From assembly GCA_964016885.1 (NCBI GenBank), contig OZ024740.1, positions 221,092,001 to 221,156,000 on the forward strand: DNA of 64,000 nucleotides, written 5' to 3'. Of the stretch, positions 54,942-64,000 are shown piece after piece. The position numbers were made by a program, and so were the translations under genes. Below the pieces are notes generated by a model that was not told the DNA's origin, ran no database searches, and worked only from the letters and a program-made list of their open reading frames with translations. How positions within the stretch are numbered: position 1 is the first letter of the stretch; every line of letters begins with the position of its first letter. Origin of the DNA: Eledone cirrhosa. Taxonomy: Eukaryota.

Positions 54942-56802
54942 ATGCCACCTAAAAAGAGAAGTCGCCTCAATCGACATACCGCGTCAGCAGTGGCGCAAAA
55001 GGCTACTATAGCAAACGAGTCCTCTGAGGAAAATGCTTCAAGACTTTCACAGACAGCCTTACGTTCAGCAGAATGTCGAGCCGCTGAAAGTTTCCAACAG
55101 CGCACCGCACGCCTAGCCAAAATGGCTTCATACCAGGCTTCTTCCAGGGCTTCAGAGAGCCGTGAACAAAGGTCGAAGCGCCTGGCTAGAAACGCTGCGA
55201 CTAATGCTGCTTCCAAGTCTTTGGAACGTTTAAAACAACGGACGGCTCGCCTTCCTACGGACGCTGCGGCTATGACTACTTCCATGGCTTCTGAAGATGC
55301 AGACGGGCGGTCCATTAGCATTGCAAATGTTGCTTCTGCTATTGCTGCCAGACCTTCCCACCAACCACACGGCCAATGTTCTACGTTCAAGCGTAACAGT
55401 CGACGGCGAGAAGCTGCACGCGGTGTGACGAGCCCCAACAGCCCTTACTGGCACCTACGGGCTTTCAAGTATGAGAAAAACGTTAATTACTCGATGCGCT
55501 CTGCTACTCAGTGGGCTGGGGAGCCACCTGCAATGTGCTGCTTAAACGGTAACGTCACCTTGCCCCCTCTTCCGGAACCGCCAGAGCCTTTGAAGGAACT
55601 ACTGACTGGTTATACCTCAAGGTAAAAAACCCCCCCCCGGATCCCTCCAATAAAAAACGCTCCTGGGGGTACCGGAAAAACTTTTGTAACGAATTTGATT
55701 CTCGCTAAGATTCGTCAGGGGAAAAAAGTTGCATTGACCGTTGCATCGTCCGGGATCGCTGCTACTTTGCTGCCGGGAGGCAGGACAGCACATTCAACCT
55801 TTAAACTCCCTTTGGATTTAGTAAAAACTGAGACACCAACATGCAATATCAGCAAGAGTTCACACAAAGCTCTGGTTCTCAAAAGATGTTGCCTCATTGT
55901 TTGGGATGAGTGCACAATGGCACACAAGGGTGCCCTTGAGGCATTGGACAGGGCCCGGAAAGACATTAGGGATTCTACGGCTCCTATGGGTGGCGTAACC
56001 CTTCTGCTATCAGGGGATTTTCGGAAAACGCTGCCTGTCATCCCCAAATGGACAAGAGCTGATGAAGTGCGTGCCTGTCTTAAGTCGTCCATGTTGTGGC
56101 TCCAGGTGAATAGTTTGTACCTGAGCACAAATATGCGTGCTCATTTGCATGGTGACAACATGTCTGCAGCACAGATGTCTCATCTAACTTTCAAAACCTC
56201 GATTGGCTCAGCGAAAGAGCCATCCTTGCTCCGAAAAATACCATGGTTAATTTTATTAACGAGCAGCTGATTGAGAAGATTCCCGGTAAAGAGCACATCT
56301 TCAAATCAGACCCCGACGATATCCTTAATTATCCGGTTGAGTTATTAAATCTCCTTGAGCCCCCAGGGCTCCCACCTCACATTATTAAGCTTAGGGTTGG
56401 CTGTCCCATTATGCTAATAAGGAACTTGCGTCCACAAAAGCAGTGCAACGGTACTCGCATGGTCGTCAAGTCACTGACACCCACTTGATTGAGGCCACCA
56501 TTGTAACGGGGTGCGGAAGAGGGGAGAATGTTTTCATTCCAAGGATGAACCTTTTCCCCTCGGCGTCAGATATCCCGTTCGATTTCCGACGATCCCAATT
56601 CCCGGTGAGACCATGTTTTACCATGTCCATTAACAAGTCACAAGGGCAAACATTGTCGGTGGCGGGCATCCATTTGGAGGAGCCATGCTTCTCCCATGGC
56701 CAACTTTATGTTGCCTGTTCCCGCGCAGGGAGCAGGAATGGACTTTTTGCTTACTCTCCTCAAGGGATGACACGCAATATCGTCTACAAAAAGGTGCTAT
56801 AG
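54942..56802 (+). pseudogene. Helitron RepHel remnant (PIF1-like helicase), frameshifted
   Basis: ORFs 54942-55625, 55695-56270, 56243-56488 and 56443-56802 carry consecutive helicase motifs. Confidence 0.88.
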
Positions 56803-57115
56803 ATGTTGGTGCAGGTATTGGAGCTATGCCGTCTGGAACACTATTTCCTGGTAGGGTATCCCATGGCGGACAGATCTGACACCCAGCGGCATCAGGGCCA
56901 CCATCTTGCAACTTTGGTCTACTAAATTCGCTATTGGAGGATTATTAACCCATCATTGATTGACCAAAATGCTAATTGGTTCGTAACTTTTAATAACCGG
57001 TTCAACTGCTTTATGCACTTAATTGATAAGCTTATTCGCTTTCAAACCACGTTTACCTGTATGTAACTTTTCATAGCAAATGAACAAACCCGAGCAACGC
57101 CGGGCTAAACTGCTA

Positions 57116-57190
<75 letters not shown>

Positions 57191-57211
57191 CATATATATA
57201 TACATATACAT

Positions 57212-57246
<35 letters not shown>

Positions 57247-57305
57247 CATACATATATATATACATATACATATATATATATACATATACATATATATATA
57301 TATAT

Positions 57306-57358
<53 letters not shown>

Positions 57359-57386
57359 TATATATGTATACATACATATATATATG

Positions 57387-57472
<86 letters not shown>

Positions 57473-57478
57473 TATATA

Positions 57479-58116
<638 letters not shown>

Positions 58117-58233
58117 CATGTTATATTCTAATTTCTGCCGGACCGGCTACCGCTCTTTCAAACCAGTTCCTGTACACAGCTAAGTATTCTATAAGTCTCT
58201 AGCTGTGTCGTTCTCGATAAAAGCATTGGATAT

Positions 58234-58276
58234 GTAATCCTGATGATTTCTAATAAGAATGAAACGCGTAGGTTAC
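58234..58276 (+). ncRNA. Minimal type I hammerhead ribozyme, copy 1
   Basis: gtaatc-CTGATGA-t-ttct(aata)agaa-t-GAAA-cgcg-TA-ggttac. Confidence 0.8.
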
Positions 58277-58545
58277 TTCCCTTGCTTTTATCGAGAATCT
58301 CAAATTGTAATACGTGACGTATTCTATTCTATAGCGATTGGGTCTTCAAAATGTTTATTATAAACATACAGAATATTTTCGAATATTCTATGTTTGTCTT
58401 CACATATATATCGCTATTTCAGAGCATTAAATCCAAATTCTAATTTCTGCCGGACCGGCAACCGCTCTTTCAAACCAGTTCCTGTACACAGCTAAGTATT
58501 CTATAAGTCTCTAGCTGTGTCGTTCTCGATAAAAGCATTGGATAT

Positions 58546-58588
58546 GTAATCCTGATGATTTCTAATAAGAATGAAACGCGTAGGTTAC
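58546..58588 (+). ncRNA. Minimal type I hammerhead ribozyme, copy 2
   Basis: Identical to 58234-58276. Confidence 0.8.
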
Positions 58589-58742
58589 TTCCCTTGCTTT
58601 TATCGAGAATCTCAAATTGTAATACGTGACGTATTCTATTCTATAGCGATTGGGTCTTCAAAATGTTTATTATAAACATACAGAATATTTTCGAATATTC
58701 TATGTTTGTCTTCATATATATATATATATATATTTTTTTTTT

Positions 58743-59363
58743 TTTTCTTTAGGTCGTTTTGGAATCCTCAACAATGCAGATGGGTAATTCTCCGGGTAAC
58801 AAAATCGGGTGGTGAAGAGAGAGATGTAAGTGAATGTAGAATGAGATGTATAGAGTGTAGAAGAACGCAGGAAAGAGCGTAAAAATTAAAAATAATAACA
58901 CGAGATAGAGTTACCTTGGGAGAGATTTAATTGTCCCTATATTTCGGATTCACATCCATCAACTGGGGGGTAGGGGTGGGGGGGGAGGAGGAGGAGGTTA
59001 TAAGTCGCATAGGAGCGATAGGTGTCCTCTGCTGTTCGTTGTTTTGAATATCTGAGGTATTCAGCAGAGTGCGCGCGGGCGAAATGGGGTCGGTCAAGCA
59101 GAGGTCGGCGGCCGAAATAGTTCTTTTAATTGTGGGAGTAGGGTGACGTTAGCTGTCAATCCATTGTATTATCTGCCTGTGCTGGTTTCTGTATTCGCAG
59201 TGTTGAATAGTGTATTCGTGTGGTGGTGGTAGTATTCCATGCCTGTTTGGTGAATGCTACTCTGTGTGTGTGTGTGCGTGCGTTGTTGTCTCGCTTGTGT
59301 GTGTGTGCGTGTGTTGTCTCGTTTGTTTAAACCAACTCATTTCGTCTGCCTGTTTGGTGAATG

Positions 59364-59421
<58 letters not shown>

Positions 59422-60495
59422 TGTGCGTGCGTGTGTTGTTGTCTCGCTTGTGCGTGTGCGTGTGTTGTTGCCTCGTTTGTTTAAACCAACCACCTCATTT
59501 CGCTTCTCTCGGATCGGTTATTTATTTGTGGCCCTAGGCGTTTGATCCAAAGTGCTTCCTTGATTCGTAATGTGCCGACGTTACGTTCCGTCGCTAGCAC
59601 TGTGACAATGGGCCTTCCGTCTTTGTTTCCGCATTTGGTTATGTGTTTCCGGAAAGACGAGGTCCTGGTGTTGATGTGCTCCTTGATCCGGATGTGTAGC
59701 GGCCGGATTGTGCTACCTATATAGTAGTGGTTGCACTTGTTATATTCTACCTTATACACGGCGTATGTGCGTAGGCAACAGTTCGTATGGCGCATCGGGC
59801 AGCTTCTGAGGGAGCACGCGTCTGTCGATTTACCGGGTTTCCTGGAGAGGCATCTTCGCAGGGAGGGGCCAGAGTGGGCCAGGTGGATGTCGAGGCCCTC
59901 CCTCCGTATAGCCCTGCGGATAGCGTTGGTGGATATTCTCGCCTAGGTTTGGTATTTTAAGGAAGCACTTGCCTTGGGTGTTTCTCTGCCTCTTGCGTCT
60001 GGTGTCTCTTATTCTGTTTGTGAGTGAGGCAGGGTACCCGTTCGTCTCCAGCACTTTGAGGAATCGCTTGGGATGGGTGACACCACTCACGGGATCGCTG
60101 CATCTGTTTTTAATTCGCGTGATCTCGTTCGTGATGTACCCTCTCTTATCACTGTTAGGGAGGGCGGACTTGTAGTTGACGAGCAGGTCCTTGTAGGCTG
60201 CTTTGCGGTAGAAGTTGGTGTGGATCCCTCCCTGTTCCGTGATGTTAATTCGGAAGTCGAGGAGGGCAAGTGACCCGTCGTCGCTAGGGTGTTCGACACT
60301 GAAATCAATGTTCTCGTCCGTGGTAACTCTATCTCGTGTTATTATTTTTATTTTTTACGCTCTTTCCTACGTTCTTCTACACACTATACATCTCATTCTA
60401 CATTCACTTACATCTCTCTATTCACCAGCGGACCTTGTTACCCGGAGAATTACCCATCTGCATTGTTGAGGCTTCCAAAACGACCTAAAGAAAAT
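58743..60495 (-). mobile_element. 5'-truncated Penelope-like element bounded by ~170-bp inverted pLTR segments
   Basis: AVYKVEYNKCNHYYIGSTIRPLHIRIKEH..LRIKEALWIKRLGPQIN; 58743-58916 is inverted relative to 60322-60495. Confidence 0.88.
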
Positions 60496-60540
60496 ATATC
60501 TTATTATTCCACAATGCTTCAAGCAAACTTCAATACTGTC

Positions 60541-60584
<44 letters not shown>

Positions 60585-62025
60585 TAAAGTGTGTCCATAG
60601 AATCATTTGATAAAATATATACATCATCTCCTCTCCCAATCAGCATAATCAACCACACAAAAAAAAAAACAATTAAACAAGGCTATAAGAATAAAAGGTA
60701 CCTATGAAGAAATAATAGATAAGTAAACTACAGCTATCTATCCGCGATCAACAACTATAGAATATTTACCCACCATTTCTAATAGCACGTGGAAATCAAT
60801 TAAATATATCGTCAACCATACACAATTAGGTATAAAATCAAAGTTAGAAGAAAAAATGTATATAAGCATACCAAAATTATGTTTGTACCCCATAAGGTTT
60901 CATTCGCATTTTGGAAATATCCGATCAAGGATAAATTCACGAGTTTCGAAATCATCAGGAAACAAACTCACTTGGGCTAAGATTTTTCTTAAATGATCCC
61001 CGCCAGAAACGAATTCAAAATGGCTAAGAACTGTGACGTGGCAGTGGTCAAGTCAGAAAGAATGTGATTGGTGCCTGGCGGCGAATGGGCTTGTTGCTAG
61101 AAAGCGCGGCCAAATACTGCCTAAATTGCATCTCAACCATATGGGAGATTATCAAATATAAAGATTTACATATACACAAACTAGACAAAGTCATAGATAT
61201 ATATATGTGTGTTTTTTTTGCGACCATTCACGATGTGGCTCAATGAGGAATTAATTAATTAAATATATATAATTAAATATATATATATAACACCCAGAAA
61301 ACAATCCTTGCATACCAGACCCAGCCTCAGACAAACGGGAAAAAAAAAAAAAAAAAAATTATCCGGGAAAGACTGCCCTAACACCGGCCAGAGTTACCTC
61401 CCTTGACCTGCTGCAAAATCAAAACAAGATATTTTTGCGAGCAATGAATCTTGATGTGGATTTAACCCCCAAAACTCTTTCCGAACTATATAAGGAACAC
61501 TTGTGATTATTTATGCCCTTGAGAAGCCCAACTGGGTGAAACGTACGTAGGTGATATTTTAAATAAACATGTTTTAACGGTCTATTCTCCGATTTTTCAC
61601 TTTCCCACGTATATATATATATATATATATATAACGGCGATGAATTAGTTTTGCGAGGTTTTTGATATGAAAACGTGTGTCGAAACAAATATTGTTATAC
61701 TTGGGGAGGGTCATATTTGTGTAATATTGCCAGAATTAATAACAACACACTCACTGTTTGGTTGGTTTTCGCTTCTGTGTCTTTTATATCGGTTAATTTA
61801 ATTTATTCGGTCCTCAATGTTACCATTGACTGACCAACGGTCAAAAATACAGATACAATATAGACACAAACACATATATAGTCTATCAAAGTTCTTTCGT
61901 TGCACATCTGCAACATCGTCAGTGGTGCTATTATGTTTCCTCCCGTTGCATTGTATGCTTACGCCATTAGTCTGTTGATTTATTTATTTACAGACTAAAT
62001 AATAATATACACACATGTGAGTATA

Positions 62026-62115
<90 letters not shown>

Positions 62116-62307
62116 AGGGTGTGGTAAGATACCAGGTGGACCATAACGCACCAGACTACTCAATACTAGTGGGTTGGTTCGGATTTGGTTGTCGAAACGG
62201 CCGGAGCTCAGCCCTCGGGGTCCTGACTCTTTTCCTATATCTATATGCATATATATATGTTTATCCCGGGTTCAATCGGGAGAAACCACAGTAAATAACG
62301 TACTCAA

Positions 62308-62357
62308 TTTCCTGATGACTTTTCCCGGATGAAACAGCTATAGTAGTTCTGTAGAAG
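62308..62357 (+). ncRNA. Degenerate hammerhead motif
   Basis: tttc-CTGATGA-cttttcccggat-GAAA-cag(ctatagtagtt)ctg-TA-gaag. Confidence 0.55.
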
Positions 62358-62376
62358 CCTTTTCTATATTTAATAC

Positions 62377-62923
62377 ATGGTGGCTGCCAACACGTTTTCG
62401 AGTACGGCCACTACTTTATATCCATCTAGGGGAACCCCTACCAATGCGCTGAACGAGTGTGACTTTTTAGTCCAGCCAGCGACTTGAAAACTCTGGTACA
62501 AACACTACACTTGTGACAATTATTGACACATAGTGCTGGGCCCATGGTACCATGTGACGACAAGTGCAGAGAGATCTCCAGATATAAAGCAATGCCTGTG
62601 CTGTTAAGCTTTTATAGTGAGCAAAGGCACTGCACAAAGCCAGTCCCACTCTCTTAACCAAGATGATATTTACCAAAAAGAAGAACAATTCAACATCATT
62701 GGATACCATCAGGGTTGCAGGTGTTATATCAGAGTTTTCCTTCTCCTAGAATTCTGCCTTGACAAAGGCTAAGAGGTCATCTCTCCCGGTGATTTTGGAT
62801 GGCTATTGACTCTTAAGAGCCCCTTTGCCTTTTGACAGGTTTTGTTTTTAGTCCTGCAGGATGTCCAAAGCCACCCTCCTCACCAAGAAACCTTGGTGGG
62901 GTTGCCAGTTTAGTCGCCAACGA
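62377..62923 (-). mobile_element. Copy of the 7595-8167 non-coding element, slightly 5'-truncated
   Basis: Reverse complement is nearly identical to 7621-8167. Confidence 0.85.
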
Positions 62924-62930
62924 CATACAT

Positions 62931-63022
<92 letters not shown>

Positions 63023-63028
63023 CACATT

Positions 63029-63176
<148 letters not shown>

Positions 63177-63246
63177 TATATAAATGAAAGGTATAGAAAA
63201 CATTGTAGCAAAAAGCCAACAGTATTCCATAATATATGTGTGTGTG

Positions 63247-63312
<66 letters not shown>

Positions 63313-63676
63313 CACACACACACACATATATATATAAATATATATTCATACCATCTGAGAAATTTGCCTTTTGATAAATGAATGGTTTTCCAAATGTAAA
63401 CATACTTAAATCCTGGATTTTCCTTAATCATCTCCTTATTGCTGTATTTCATTTTACATTTATTTAAATCAATTACAATAATTTCCTTCCATATTTTTAA
63501 ATACCATTATCAAACATACATTCACTAAGTTACGATGACTTTGTTCTACCTATGTATCTATCAATCTCACTTTTGACAAGTGGTTAAGTGTTAAAATATG
63601 AAATGCTACACACACACGCGAGCGCGCACACACACGCGAGCGCGCACACACACGCGAGCGCGCACACACACACACA

Positions 63677-63759
<83 letters not shown>

Positions 63760-64000
63760 CACACACACACACAGACACACACGCACGCAAACACTCACGC
63801 TTACGCTGCCCACCTTCCATTCGAGCCTGGATGACACAACACATCACCCAGTCCGGGAATCGAATTCACGGCCCCTTAGCTTAATGGTTTAAAGCGCCTG
63901 ACCGGTATCTTGGAGATATGATGTTTAATTCCTCACAGCGGCCGGTGGCAACTTCTTTTTGAAGCCGCATGTCTTAGAGGTTAGAGCATGAGGCTTGTAA

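Larger units (their letters stand above)
53559..57116 (+). mobile_element. Helitron, internally deleted (N-terminal ORF joined to PIF1 helicase; Rep domain absent)
   Basis: A|TC start, cccgagcaacgccggg hairpin and CTAG|T end; APGGTGKTF, ASSGIAATLLPGGRTAHSTF, WDECTM, GDFR, QFPVRPCFTMSINKSQGQT, FSHGQLYVACSR. Confidence 0.9.
58125..58714 (+). repeat. 312-bp tandem repeat (~1.9 units) with one hammerhead per unit
   Basis: attctaatttctgccggaccgg at 58125 and 58437. Confidence 0.93.

Noticed and set aside
60935-60962. Minus-strand CTGATGA-tttc-GAAA
   Set aside because: No stem II and no valid cleavage triplet

Overview
AT-rich, repeat-saturated metazoan DNA, most likely octopus/cephalopod (inferred from the SINE, RTE and Penelope families and the very long (TA)n fields). 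Almost all ORF-track entries are microsatellite artefacts. Real content: RTE-clade LINE copies (one ~2.8 kb with a PHD-like finger after the RT core), an R4/Dong-like and a Hero-like RLE LINE, several Penelope-like (RT + GIY-YIG) fragments, an internally deleted Helitron, many tRNA-derived SINEs and MITEs, 86-bp and 28-bp satellites, a 200-N gap, and two weak candidate host exons. The main finding is a dense set of type I hammerhead ribozyme motifs from several unrelated sequence families. Four copies with a compensatory U3-A8 core and a large stem-II insert lie in a 591-bp tandem/inverted array whose forward array starts 3 nt past the predicted cleavage site. Two copies lie in a 312-bp tandem on a 15-bp hairpin. 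Single copies occur near 12.2, 47.6, 52.9 and 62.3 kb. These look like retrozyme or Penelope-pLTR RNAs. Separately, a non-coding ~530-570-bp repeat present in three copies has a covarying, twister-like 5' structure. All RNA folds were read by eye and need computational and biochemical confirmation.
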